A stretch of DNA of 55,077 bases from a virus (Duplodnaviria; Caudoviricetes), in IMG/VR virus record IMGVR_UViG_3300027676_000003, positions 1-55,077 of that record; one strand, written 5' to 3'. A model generated the notes under the pieces. The model was not told where the DNA came from. It searched no databases and worked only from the letters and a program-made list of their open reading frames with translations. Within the stretch, counting starts at the first letter, position 1, and each line of letters opens with the position of its first letter. Positions 38,365 to 48,364 of the stretch are shown here, piece by piece. Both the position numbers and the translations under genes were made by a program.

Positions 38365-38547
38365 ATGCCGCGCAAAACGATTTATCTCTCGGAAGATGAA
38401 GCAAAGATATGGGCACAGGCCAGCCGCGTAATCCGCTACAACCACAGTGTCGGACTCGGCAAGTTTCTGACGCCCCATCTGAAGCAGGTCTTGCTATGGG
38501 AGCCCAAACCGACAAAATGCGGAAAGCCGACCACAAAGAAACATTAA
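38365..38547 (+). CDS. small ribbon-helix-helix-like regulator
   Basis: AAGGAG RBS; MPRKTIYLSEDE beta-strand-helix start. Confidence 0.55.
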   Translation: MPRKTIYLSEDEAKIWAQASRVIRYNHSVGLGKFLTPHLKQVLLWEPKPTKCGKPTTKKH

Positions 38548-38569
38548 CCGACTGCCACGGAGAAAAACC

Positions 38570-40786
38570 ATGACCGAAGAAATCACACTGGATGCCGAAA
38601 GCGTCGCCCACATGAAGGCCGTCAGCGATTCGGGCCGCGCTTTTGGCAAAGCCATAGACGAAGGCCGGTTGAGCGATGACGAAGACGCGCCGAATTACGC
38701 TGGGAACTTCATGTTCATGGGTTACCAGGGCGTCACCGGGAAGGCGTTGTTCAAGCACATCGACTCCCGGCAGTACCTCGACTGAATCAACCAGCATCAC
38801 GCGATGCAGCGCGCCTCGGCTTGCAGGGGTGGAGAACGAACGTGAGAATCCTACTCAACCTAATCGTCTGGCCGTCCATGTTAATCGGCATTCTCTATGC
38901 GTATGTGCGTATGGGGTTCACTGCCGGATTGCTGTGTGCTGCGGACATGATAAAGAAGGACTTGCCCGACGAATCAGACACCGGACGCGCATCATGACCC
39001 AGCCACTCCCCTCAGAAACCATCGACTACGAGCGGTATGTGGATGGCCTGCGCTGGAGCAATGCCAAGATGCTCATGGCCATGAAGGACATCATCCTCTG
39101 GACCGAACGCCACGGACTGACGAAAGCCGACCTCATTACCGGCGGCCACGCGGAAGTACCGGTGATAACGCACGCGCGGGCGGCGATTGCGCTGGCGGAA
39201 GGGCGTGCGTCATGAGCAAGCCAATCCACACGGCAGGACCCATCGCAGTAGATGAATTCTCGAATCTCTACCTCGCGAGGCACATCGCAAACGGCTCGGC
39301 AATCTCTGGCGCACCATCGTTGGCCGTGACCACAAACGGTAGTGATTCATGGCCAGAGGATGAGAAGTTCAAATGCAAGGCCAACGCCCGCCTCCTCGCC
39401 GCCGCCTACAATGCGTTTGACTCCGCCGGGAAAAAGCTTGGCCTGAATGCCGTATTACTCGCAGAAGGACTCCAGCACGGCGCTATCGCAGACCTGATCG
39501 GAGCCTTGGAGCAAGCCCGCGAGCACATCGACGGCGAAATCGACGTAGTGGACGGCGACTACGGTGTTCCTGCTCCCAACAAGGCGATGAGTCTGGCGCA
39601 CGAGATAGACGTGGCGCTGGCGAAGGTGAAGGGCGGTGCAGCATGAGGAAAACAGCAATAAAACTGGGGGCTGGCAGGAATCAGAAAACAACCGAATGCC
39701 CTCCCGCACTGTTTGAGATGGCGGACAGGCTTGCCCGAGAGTATGTGCAACGAGCTTTCTATAGCGATAGGCCCATGTCGGAAGTGTTCGGAACTATATA
39801 TCTCATGGGCTTCATGCACGCCTTCCAGGGTATGGATGAGGTGGAGAAGCGTGCCAAAGCGAAGGAGGCCGCCAATGGCTAAACGCACCGCCAAAGTCCT
39901 CGCCGCCAACGCCAGGCGCCACCTGAACACCATCAGAACCGCATCGCTGAAGCTCGCGGCGGAGTTCGGGGATGTTGACGCGTTCTTTGAGAAGCGGGCG
40001 GAGGACATCATTACGCTTGCCAACGATATCGAAGCCGAGATTAACGAGTGGCTGCCGGAGCAGGCGGAGGGGAGTGTGTTATGAGCGATATGAGGGTAAG
40101 CAAACGATATGCCGAGTTACAAGCAATTTTCAAGAGCGGCGGCACAAGTACATTGCGAGATTATCTGTTTGGCCCCGCCGATGCGCTTATTTCCATAGAC
40201 CTGCTGCGAACATCCGCAGAACAATGGGCGGAGCAGATCAAAGATTCTCGCCACAGGGCCACTTGGGATGCCGTTGCAAATGCATACAGAACTGCTCACG
40301 ACCTTCTGCAACAAGCGATGGCAGGGGAGGAAACGTCATCATGACCGACAAACACCCCGAAGCCTTCGAGAAGTGGTTTCCTGCTGGCCGGAAACTCTTG
40401 GAATATCCCAATTCCGGCGATGCGCCTACGGGATTCAAAGCGGGCTGGCAAGCCTGCGCTGCCCACTACGCGCCGAAGCTGACGGAGAAGGACGCCGTGA
40501 AAATTGCCTTCAACGCCTCCGTGGGTAAATGGACGCCCTTCGGCAAAGATACGGCGGAAGGATGGGGGGCCTATATGAGCGAGATAATTGCCGCCCTCCG
40601 CGCCGCAGGCGTGCGGTTCAAGGAGGAAGCATGAGCGACATCCTGATTGCGATTGTGCCTGTTTACGTTGGTTTTGCTCTTATAGCATTCACGAGAGCGC
40701 CCGTTTGGATCGTTATGCCAATTAGTATGTCCGGAATACTCTACGCGGGGTATAAGACGTTTATCGAGACCGGAGTGATTCGATGA
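38570..40786 (+). other. run of small phage-like ORFs: 38570-38785, 38842-38997, 38994-39215, 39212-39646, 39643-39882, 39875-40084, 40081-40344, 40341-40634, 40631-40786
   Basis: Same strand, mostly ATGA overlaps with RBS inside the previous gene. Confidence 0.7.
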
Positions 40787-41262
40787 CCGACCTCCTCACC
40801 AAGCTCGCGGCGCTCACGCAGCCCGACAAGCACGGTCTTCTTCCGTGTCCGATTTGCGGCGGCAAAGCTGCGCCTGACTATAAAGCAACATTTGGATACG
40901 CGTTTATCTTCAAGTGTTTGCTGGGCCATGTAACAGTAACGGCAAACAGCGAAGACCGCTCCAAGCAGTTCTGGAACAACCGCCCCCGCGAAGCCGCCCT
41001 AATCGCGCTGGTGCAGGAAGCCGCTGCGGAGATTGAGCGCTATAGGGAGGTATTAAGCAAATCCATCGTGCCGGTGGACGAGGATCAGTGCAATTGGCTG
41101 ATTTTCTACGACGACCATGACCGCCGCCCGGAAATATTCCAGAACGAGCAGATCGCTCTGCATGTTTACGAGCAGCGGCAGATCAGTTGGAATTGTTATC
41201 TGTTCAAGCAGCTTACGAAGGCGAACGGAAAACCACTCAACCCCCAGGAGTCCGCCACATGA
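40783..41262 (+). CDS. Lar-like (restriction alleviation) zinc-ribbon protein
   Basis: LLPCPICGGKA...WNNR. Confidence 0.65.
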   Translation: MTDLLTKLAALTQPDKHGLLPCPICGGKAAPDYKATFGYAFIFKCLLGHVTVTANSEDRSKQFWNNRPREAALIALVQEAAAEIERYREVLSKSIVPVDEDQCNWLIFYDDHDRRPEIFQNEQIALHVYEQRQISWNCYLFKQLTKANGKPLNPQESAT

Positions 41263-41639
41263 CCAAGCGCTTCTTTTATACCGATCCTCTGGCAGCTGCG
41301 TGGATGATGAAACACCACAAAATGCACATCGTTGATAAATATGGCGATGAAATCGAGGAGGCATACCGTCGCGATCCTCAGGTATGGCTAGATCCGCCGT
41401 ACTACATCCACCCCGACTCGCTGCACCTGCTGGAGCCGCAGATCGGGGATCTGGTCGCGACGAGAAGGGGCAACGAATCCACCACCTTATATCAGCCGAT
41501 TGAACTCGGCGGCCCCAAGTTCTTTATAGAAGAGTTCATACTTTTCGGAAAGACATTTAAATGGGAAGAGATTGTCAGGGTCGTTCTACGCAATGGCATC
41601 GCCTTTATGTGGCCGGAAAGCGAAGAAGCCCATGGGTGA
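41259..41639 (+). CDS. phage hypothetical protein
   Basis: AGGAG RBS, ATGA overlap. Confidence 0.6.
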   Translation: MTKRFFYTDPLAAAWMMKHHKMHIVDKYGDEIEEAYRRDPQVWLDPPYYIHPDSLHLLEPQIGDLVATRRGNESTTLYQPIELGGPKFFIEEFILFGKTFKWEEIVRVVLRNGIAFMWPESEEAHG

Positions 41640-41937
41640 CATTGGCGACTACTGGCGCGAGCACCGCGAATATGCCCGCGACCGCAAGGTGGCTGAATCG
41701 CTCGGCATGAGCCTCGGCCAGTACCGTCGGAGGATGCGGAAGATGGAAGCCGATGACCGCGCCGCCACCAAAGCTGCCAATCTGGCGAAATGCACTATCC
41801 AGTGCGAATGCGGCCGCTGGCTGCTCGGCCCGAACGACCACGCCAATCACGTCCAAAGCCAAGGCAAAAAGGGGCACGCCATTGCGCTCACCCGCGAGGT
41901 GCCGAAGGCAGAACCGGCGGATTGGGCGATTTTCTGA
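41632..41937 (+). CDS. small protein with C2H2-like motif
   Basis: MGDIGDYWRE; CECG...H..H. Confidence 0.6.
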   Translation: MGDIGDYWREHREYARDRKVAESLGMSLGQYRRRMRKMEADDRAATKAANLAKCTIQCECGRWLLGPNDHANHVQSQGKKGHAIALTREVPKAEPADWAIF

Positions 41938-42005
41938 TAACCAAAGAAGACGGCATCAATTCTGGACAGAAGCGGGTTTCGCGATAGAATAGAGGTTTCA
42001 CGAGC

Positions 42006-42299
42006 TTGGGTAAGGCAACAGTTGTGCTGGGCTTGGTGATTAGCTTGATTGGGGGCATTCCTCCTCGATTGATCAAAGCTGACGGAAACATCGATATAAC
42101 GGTCAAGGGTCAAGCCAATGTGGCTTTAGGCTTCGGCGAGGCGAAAGCCAAACCGAAGGCCAAGGCAAAATCAGTGGCGGGTTCTAAGGCGGATATTCGG
42201 AAGAGTACGAAGGCGGTCAAAAAAGGAGACAAAACAATGACAACAATCGGTTCCATTTTGAATGGCGTTGGGAAAGCATCGTCGCTTCCGGGAGAGTAA
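42006..42299 (+). CDS. hydrophobic N-terminus, Lys-rich protein
   Basis: ORF track, TTG start; composition only. Confidence 0.35.
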   Translation: MGKATVVLGLVISLIGGIPPRLIKADGNIDITVKGQANVALGFGEAKAKPKAKAKSVAGSKADIRKSTKAVKKGDKTMTTIGSILNGVGKASSLPGE

Positions 42300-42438
42300 T
42301 GCCCCCAATCGAGGCTGATCATCGGGTCCGTTCAGCATAATTCGCGCCTCCAGGGAGAAGCGAGGGGGTGAAATTACCCCCTCTCCCGCCATCCTTCTTC
42401 TTGACCAAACCTTCCCTGCGGCATAACCTACGCGCGAA

Positions 42439-42711
42439 ATGAACCCGCGCGCAGCACAACCATATTCCTCCGATGTGGACGCCCAACCCCGCCAGGCGTT
42501 CCACAATCCCCACACCTTCATGGGCGCCGGGCACTGGATTCGCACCGCCGGGATTCTGGCCCCCCTGCTTATAGGGGAGCTAATCAAGGAGCCGGACAAG
42601 CGGTGGCGATGGATCAGAATTGCCTCCGTCGCCACGGCGCTTGTGTCCGAGGGGATGTACACCCATCGAATAAACCGGGAGCGTCAGGATCAGGCCCAGC
42701 GCTGCCGTTAG
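42439..42711 (+). CDS. small helical protein with own promoter
   Basis: TTGACC-17-TAACCT at 42401-42429, ATG 9 nt later. Confidence 0.65.
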   Translation: MNPRAAQPYSSDVDAQPRQAFHNPHTFMGAGHWIRTAGILAPLLIGELIKEPDKRWRWIRIASVATALVSEGMYTHRINRERQDQAQRCR

Positions 42712-43341
42712 TCACTTCCTGACGATGGTAAGGGTCTCAACTTCGAGCGTGCCTGCCGTGGCGTGCCAGTAGTCTCCCACCCGGCTGAAGCCGAATCCGT
42801 TTGTGTTAACGTTACCCGCTACATTGGTCGTAGGTACCGGCTTTCGCCAGTCGGGGTCGGTTGTTATGGGACGTTTCGGATCCTTCGGGACCACGGCGAT
42901 GTTGATACCGTACGTATCCGATGGGATCACCCTGTCATAGACGTTCATGATGACGACACTCTCGGAACATGCCGTGGCGATATGCCGAAGGACATCAGAA
43001 GATCTGAACGTTGTTGCGCCAAAAGCAAGTGTCTTTCCCCCAATTGTGATGGTGGCCTTTCCCGGCGAATCAGTTCCCCCTCCCTCGATGCCGGTGCCTG
43101 CGTCCGGACAGGTGTTACCGGGAGGTTGCGGCTTGCCCTTCGTGTCATCGAAAGTAAATACGGCAACGAAAGGCTGCCCATGGAGGTTCGGCCCGACGCC
43201 GAAGATACCGAAGGTATCCTGGCCGTTGTTTACGGTTCCGGTAACCGTCGCCACCACTTCTGCGGCGGAGAGTGATAGGGTCATTGCCAAAAACATGCCG
43301 GACCTTCGCCCGGCGCTTTTAAGCACACGTGTAGTAAGCAT
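42712..43341 (-). CDS. secreted beta-rich protein
   Basis: GAGGTG RBS, signal-like segment, Thr/Gly rich. Confidence 0.7.
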   Translation of the reverse strand: MLTTRVLKSAGRRSGMFLAMTLSLSAAEVVATVTGTVNNGQDTFGIFGVGPNLHGQPFVAVFTFDDTKGKPQPPGNTCPDAGTGIEGGGTDSPGKATITIGGKTLAFGATTFRSSDVLRHIATACSESVVIMNVYDRVIPSDTYGINIAVVPKDPKRPITTDPDWRKPVPTTNVAGNVNTNGFGFSRVGDYWHATAGTLEVETLTIVRK

Positions 43342-43491
43342 TGTTTTCACCTCGGTTGATTGCCGCTTGGTGCGGCTTTTATTGGGAAGGAGCCCCTTCC
43401 CTGACTTCAGGCCTTTGGCCTTACGTCACCCATCCCAACGGGCCTGCCGCCCGTAACGCCCGCTATGAGCGCTGGCTTGGCCAGTGCGATT

Positions 43492-44049
43492 CTAGGGGCA
43501 GTTTCCGTAATAGAACGAACTGATCAAGGCTCGCTGTTCTTTCGAGGCGCTTCGGAATACATCGTGCAGACCACCAATCGTAAATCCCGCAGATTTGAGT
43601 CTTACTACCACCTCTCTCAGAACATCCGCTTCAGTATGGATTAATATCTGCCGATTTTCGTATTTTGAAAGCCGAGACGAGCGTTGCTTAGTTCGTGGCC
43701 GACACTTAATCTTCATTGGGCTGCTTCCTTTTGGCGTAACATCGCAGCGGTCCTCTTTCACACGGCGCCCCCGTTTATCCCATCCCTTTTTGGATTTCTC
43801 ATGCGGATTTCCCGCTTTGTTTGAGCAGTCCCTACTGCAAAACCGGCGTTCTCCATAGCCAGTGAATTCCTTTTTGCATGACGGGTTTGCGCAGACATAT
43901 CGCACCTTCTTCTGTCTGACGCTCGCAAAGTATTCTGCCGACTTCCGCCGATGATCATCGCAATGGACCTGATTTGCAAAGGCCTTCACTCCGCAGATCA
44001 CGCAGTGACCACGTGCTTTTCTGTCAAGATACTGGCGGTTCGTTGGCAA
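43492..44049 (-). CDS. basic zinc-finger protein
   Basis: CVIC...C..H and C....C...FCSRDC; GGAGAGG RBS. Confidence 0.65.
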   Translation of the reverse strand: MPTNRQYLDRKARGHCVICGVKAFANQVHCDDHRRKSAEYFASVRQKKVRYVCANPSCKKEFTGYGERRFCSRDCSNKAGNPHEKSKKGWDKRGRRVKEDRCDVTPKGSSPMKIKCRPRTKQRSSRLSKYENRQILIHTEADVLREVVVRLKSAGFTIGGLHDVFRSASKEQRALISSFYYGNCP

Positions 44050-44113
44050 TCAATGCCTCTCCTTGGGTGTGCGAGAACTATAGCCGAACGGTGTAGCGAA
44101 ATCCAAAAACAAT

Positions 44114-44443
44114 TCATGTGACCTCCACCGCCTTCCCGCCCTCCGCTTCCAATGCTGTCAGCCAGCCCGGCTTTTTGCCTTTGCCGTTATACGTCAGGGT
44201 CTTATTGGCGGGATGCTGATATTGCGTCCCGCCATGGTAAACGCTCTTGCCGTTTCCCTTATGGGCTTTTCCGGCGACGTCTTTCAGGCTCAGGCCCACC
44301 GATGCAAGAAGAGTCCGGGCCTGTTCCAGTGCTTTTGCCTTCCGGTCGTCGTCCCTTTGCTTCAGCAGGGCTTGAGAATGCTCGATGACGGCCTGCAGTT
44401 CGCTATCGCTCAAACCGTCGAGCGTGTCCAGTTTCATGTTCAT
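44114..44443 (-). CDS. hns: H-NS family protein
   Basis: Helical N-terminus; YQHP...TYNGKGKKPGWL variant of the H-NS DNA-binding motif. Confidence 0.8.
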   Translation of the reverse strand: MNMKLDTLDGLSDSELQAVIEHSQALLKQRDDDRKAKALEQARTLLASVGLSLKDVAGKAHKGNGKSVYHGGTQYQHPANKTLTYNGKGKKPGWLTALEAEGGKAVEVT

Positions 44444-44858
44444 CCCCCTTGATCTCTTTCAAAATGTCGCCAAAATCCGGGTACGACTTCACGCTGCTGA
44501 TAATGGGTTCCTTTTCCGCGTTGGCTTCTTTCAGCGTTGCCTGCGCCGTGGTCATTTCCTTAATGCCGTTTAACTGCCCCTCCCGGATCTCGCCCACCAG
44601 CACGCCGAGATTATGGCCTTCAATCTCAACGGCGCGCGTCCCGAACAAAACCACCAGCGTTTCGTGGGCGCCGTCATCAGTCCACTGGTAGCCGCTGTAA
44701 TGCGACCACGGGAAGCCTTCGGAATGCCTGCCGTCCCTTCTCTCCACGTGCAGACTGAACGCCTGCGCCGTAAGCTGGCGCTCGCTGGTAAAGGCCTTTG
44801 CTTCGTCGGCCTTCCCGTCGAGAATCCGCTCTACAATCCTGCTGCGCGCCTCAGGCAT
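44403..44858 (-). CDS. hypothetical protein coupled to relaxase
   Basis: GAGGTG RBS overlapping the relaxase end. Confidence 0.7.
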   Translation of the reverse strand: MPEARSRIVERILDGKADEAKAFTSERQLTAQAFSLHVERRDGRHSEGFPWSHYSGYQWTDDGAHETLVVLFGTRAVEIEGHNLGVLVGEIREGQLNGIKEMTTAQATLKEANAEKEPIISSVKSYPDFGDILKEIKGDEHETGHARRFER

Positions 44859-47619
44859 AACCCACCTCGCGCCCGCGCCAGCGATCGGCAATCGCCGCCG
44901 CACGCTGTTTCAGAAAGCGCCCCACCCTATTGCGCTCCAGCGTTTGATGGAACCGCTCGCGCCAGGCGGGCCGGAGTTTCGTTTTCGTCAGCTCCACCGC
45001 CGACAACCGCTCGGCGGTCCGGGAAATAGCGTTTCGGACATTGTCCTTGGAAGCGATGTAAATCTTGGCCTGTTCCCGTCCACGGGACGCCGCCACATAC
45101 CAGCCCTGCCGATTTACGGCCGGTAACGATTCATCGCCCACAGAAATAAATACCCGGTCTGCGGTTTTACCCTGTGCGGCGTAACTGGTATCGGTGTAGC
45201 CGAGACTCAGATGGCCCCAGTTCTTCGGTAGCAGCCTGCCCTTTTCCAGCCGGATATCGCCCTCTTTCGTAAAGCCCTCGACAGTGAAGATGTCGCCGTT
45301 GTTGAGGCGCGTTCCTTTCGCTTGTCCCTCGACTTTGGCCTCGCCGTTTTTGGTGATTCGCAGGAGATCACCCTTTGCAATCGCAACCTCCCGTGTCCGG
45401 AAGACATCGAAGCGGTTCACCTGACTCAGGGGTAAAGACGTTTGCGTGCCGTCCTGTTTCTGCAAGGTTAAGACGCCGGATTGTAAGGTTTCGCTGGAGT
45501 ATTTTAATAGCGCAGCCTTCTCACCGCGCCTAAAGCCCTTGGCATTCTGATGGAATTCCAGCACCATGCCCGGCTCGTAATTCCTGGAATCTGATTTTTG
45601 GGCATCCGTCCAGCCGGTCGATTTCCGGGCGATGAATTGCCGCTCCTCACCAAGGGCGCCGCGTTCTTTCAATGCCCCGCGCAGCTCATCCGTTACCTTC
45701 GCGGCTTCCGCATGCGTGGGAACGACGATTAACGCGCGGCGGCCTTCGTCACGGGCATTCAGGTAATCAGCAACCAGCATCCCATGGCGTTCATCTCCGG
45801 AGGCCTCGATAACGCAGCCGAGGCGGTCGAGGTAGTCGAAGCCCTTTTGCGCCGACTTCCCGGTGCCTTCAGCAATCTCCTCGACGGCCTTTTTATACCC
45901 CGGAGTCGTCTGCCGGCGGATCTCTGTCAGTTTTGCAAACTTCACGCCGCCTTCTTTTTCCAGAAGGCGGAATGCATCACCGGCGGAAACACTATTGTGT
46001 TGAGCATAGTCGCCCGACAGGATAAGCCGGTTCCCATTACGTTTCGCCAAATCAGTGAGGCGCCGCATGTCCTTTGCGGAAACGAGACCGGCTTCGTCAA
46101 CCCAGAGAATCTGGCCTTTCGTTTTCTCCTGAAGCTTTTCGTTTTTCAGGAGCATTTCGAGTGTCTCGGCGTCCTTGAATCCCTCCTTCGCCAGTACATT
46201 TCGAGAGGCCTGTGACGATGGCGCAAATGCGAATACGTGTTGCCCGGTGCCTTCGATTGCATCGCGAGTTGCGCGCATCATGGTGGTTTTACCGGTTCCC
46301 GCTTTGCCGGAGATTGCGCTGATGGCGTCACGGCTGGTGAGAATATGGACGGCAGCTTTCTTTTGCTCGGCGGAAAGTCCGTTCAACGATACAAACTCGC
46401 CGGGTTTGTTTGCATGCAACTCCGAGATCGATACAAACCCCCTGAACTTCCGCTGCCCGTCTTTCCCGAACTGGAGAAACGCCACTTCGTTATTGAGCAC
46501 CGTCTTCGTGGTCATCATCAGCTGGCCTTCGTGCTTTACCGGAATGGCTTCCGGGTGCTGTGCCAAATCGGCAACATCTTCGGGTAGGATGGAGCCGACG
46601 CCATGCATCAGGGCTTCGGCTTTGACCTTGGGTTCCGAGACGGCACTGGCGCGTTCGAATGAATGCTCCAGCGCGTATGTTTTCGCCTGCTCGGGCGTAA
46701 TGGCGTTATCGCCCTTCGTCCAGCCGTCGCCCGCCGTTTGAATCGCAAGACGCTCTTCACGGGTAAGGCGGCTGTCCCATTCCTTTCGCAGCTCCGCCAT
46801 GGATTGCGGCTCTTTCGATTTCTTCTCGCGAGTCTTCCGGCCAAGATCCGCTTTTGCAGCCGGGTCGCTAATTCCCAGCCGTTCCGCTTCAGCCTCGATA
46901 ATGGCAGTCCGGCGGGAGAATTTCGCCGTCGTCTCTTTCGATATCCCGGCGATTCGGAAGCCCGAGCCTTCCTTTTCTATGCCGTAGCCGATAGCTTTCA
47001 GCTTCGACGCCAGACGCGCATGAAACGCCGATTGATGCCATGCCTTGTCCCGCACGATGTTTCCCCACTGGCAGGCCTTAAGGATGTTTTCTTTCGGGTC
47101 TAGCGAAACGTTCAGACAGGTTACGTGCCGATGTTTCTGAGGATCGACCGTTCCATCTTCCAAAGGGCGGGTGGTTTCGTGCGGCCACATCACATAAATG
47201 ATGTTGCCGCTCTTGCGGTCCTCATCCTTTCCGCCTTTCCTGACCCGCACGGCCATTTCCGATTCGATATCGGCCATCGTTTCGCGGATAGAATCATCCA
47301 CCAGGCCGTTAATTCGTTTGTCGTAGAGCGCCGCCAGCGTTACCGATTTGCCCACATCGAAGGTAACGTCCGTCATGATTCTGCGGTCATCCCGTGTCCG
47401 TGAGGTAAGCCTCTCGGATGTCAAAGGATTTCGGTTTTCACAGAGGGAATAGAAGCTTTCCTTCGTGGCCTCCATTCCCCCAATTCCAAGCTGCGTTGCC
47501 GTCTTGCCCTCGTACACCGGAATCTCCCTTGCATCCTTCCCGAAATAGTCGTCCCGACTCAGGTGGGCGTGGTAGTCCTTCGCTTCTTTCGTATTCGTGA
47601 AATGCGTGATCGAAATCAT
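44851..47619 (-). CDS. MobF (TrwC/TraI-like) relaxase-helicase
   Basis: N-terminal Tyr pair, DVTFDVGKSVT, HETTRP...DPQKHRH, FSRRT; helicase GKAGTGKT, DEAG, YVAASRGR. Confidence 0.93.
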   Translation of the reverse strand: MISITHFTNTKEAKDYHAHLSRDDYFGKDAREIPVYEGKTATQLGIGGMEATKESFYSLCENRNPLTSERLTSRTRDDRRIMTDVTFDVGKSVTLAALYDKRINGLVDDSIRETMADIESEMAVRVRKGGKDEDRKSGNIIYVMWPHETTRPLEDGTVDPQKHRHVTCLNVSLDPKENILKACQWGNIVRDKAWHQSAFHARLASKLKAIGYGIEKEGSGFRIAGISKETTAKFSRRTAIIEAEAERLGISDPAAKADLGRKTREKKSKEPQSMAELRKEWDSRLTREERLAIQTAGDGWTKGDNAITPEQAKTYALEHSFERASAVSEPKVKAEALMHGVGSILPEDVADLAQHPEAIPVKHEGQLMMTTKTVLNNEVAFLQFGKDGQRKFRGFVSISELHANKPGEFVSLNGLSAEQKKAAVHILTSRDAISAISGKAGTGKTTMMRATRDAIEGTGQHVFAFAPSSQASRNVLAKEGFKDAETLEMLLKNEKLQEKTKGQILWVDEAGLVSAKDMRRLTDLAKRNGNRLILSGDYAQHNSVSAGDAFRLLEKEGGVKFAKLTEIRRQTTPGYKKAVEEIAEGTGKSAQKGFDYLDRLGCVIEASGDERHGMLVADYLNARDEGRRALIVVPTHAEAAKVTDELRGALKERGALGEERQFIARKSTGWTDAQKSDSRNYEPGMVLEFHQNAKGFRRGEKAALLKYSSETLQSGVLTLQKQDGTQTSLPLSQVNRFDVFRTREVAIAKGDLLRITKNGEAKVEGQAKGTRLNNGDIFTVEGFTKEGDIRLEKGRLLPKNWGHLSLGYTDTSYAAQGKTADRVFISVGDESLPAVNRQGWYVAASRGREQAKIYIASKDNVRNAISRTAERLSAVELTKTKLRPAWRERFHQTLERNRVGRFLKQRAAAIADRWRGREVGYA

Positions 47620-47732
47620 CGACGCCGCCTGTAGGGGGAAGCCGATCCGATACAACCAAAACGTGAGCGCTGCAACATGAAAAAGCAACCCATGGAAGCG
47701 TATAGACTCGTCCCCGATCAGAGCTCGGAACA

Positions 47733-48086
47733 TCAGCGCTCCCATGACGGCGCGGGCCTGCGGATCTTATCCGGAGCAGCCCCCGGTTGCTGTTTGTCCT
47801 TCAGATGGGCCTGGTGTTCCCCAACCCATTTATTAAACGCGCTGTAGCTTTCCTGCATTGCGTGATCGCGTCGTTGCATCGGCCTGTGCCACGTCGTTTT
47901 CGCCTCACCCCCAGCAGGGGTGAATGTGAGCCCGGCGTGATACCCTTTTTCGCTCATCCCCAGACACGCCTGAACCGAATAGCCTGATGCCTGATCTGCG
48001 TAAGCCCCGCCTCTCCAGACGGTCCTTATCGCGTGATCCGCCTGATAGGCGTGCTCCGGCCCTTTCATCCAATCGAGGAATGACAT
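47733..48086 (-). CDS. hypothetical protein upstream of relaxase
   Basis: GGAG RBS before MSFLDW; co-directional with the relaxase. Confidence 0.65.
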   Translation of the reverse strand: MSFLDWMKGPEHAYQADHAIRTVWRGGAYADQASGYSVQACLGMSEKGYHAGLTFTPAGGEAKTTWHRPMQRRDHAMQESYSAFNKWVGEHQAHLKDKQQPGAAPDKIRRPAPSWER

Positions 48087-48087
48087 A

Positions 48088-48282
48088 TCACCGCTCCAAT
48101 CCCAACGACCGGCCACGTGCCGGGCTTGGTGTTGATTGCGGTTGAACCGGCGCGTCTTGGGGGACGGCTCCGTTTCCAGCCATCTCCGCTATCGGTTTGG
48201 CGGCCTCAACGGCCTGCGCCTTTACGTTTTCTGGAAGGTTTTGAACGGACTGTGCGTATTCTTTGATGAAATCGAGAAACAT
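48088..48282 (-). CDS. small hypothetical protein
   Basis: GAGGAG RBS; first gene of the relaxase operon. Confidence 0.65.
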   Translation of the reverse strand: MFLDFIKEYAQSVQNLPENVKAQAVEAAKPIAEMAGNGAVPQDAPVQPQSTPSPARGRSLGLER

Positions 48283-48364
48283 TGCAAAAGCTCCTCGTAA
48301 TTATTATTTACGAGGAGCCTCGCTTTGCCCTAATAGTCCACTGTGACCTATCGTGACTTAAGGT

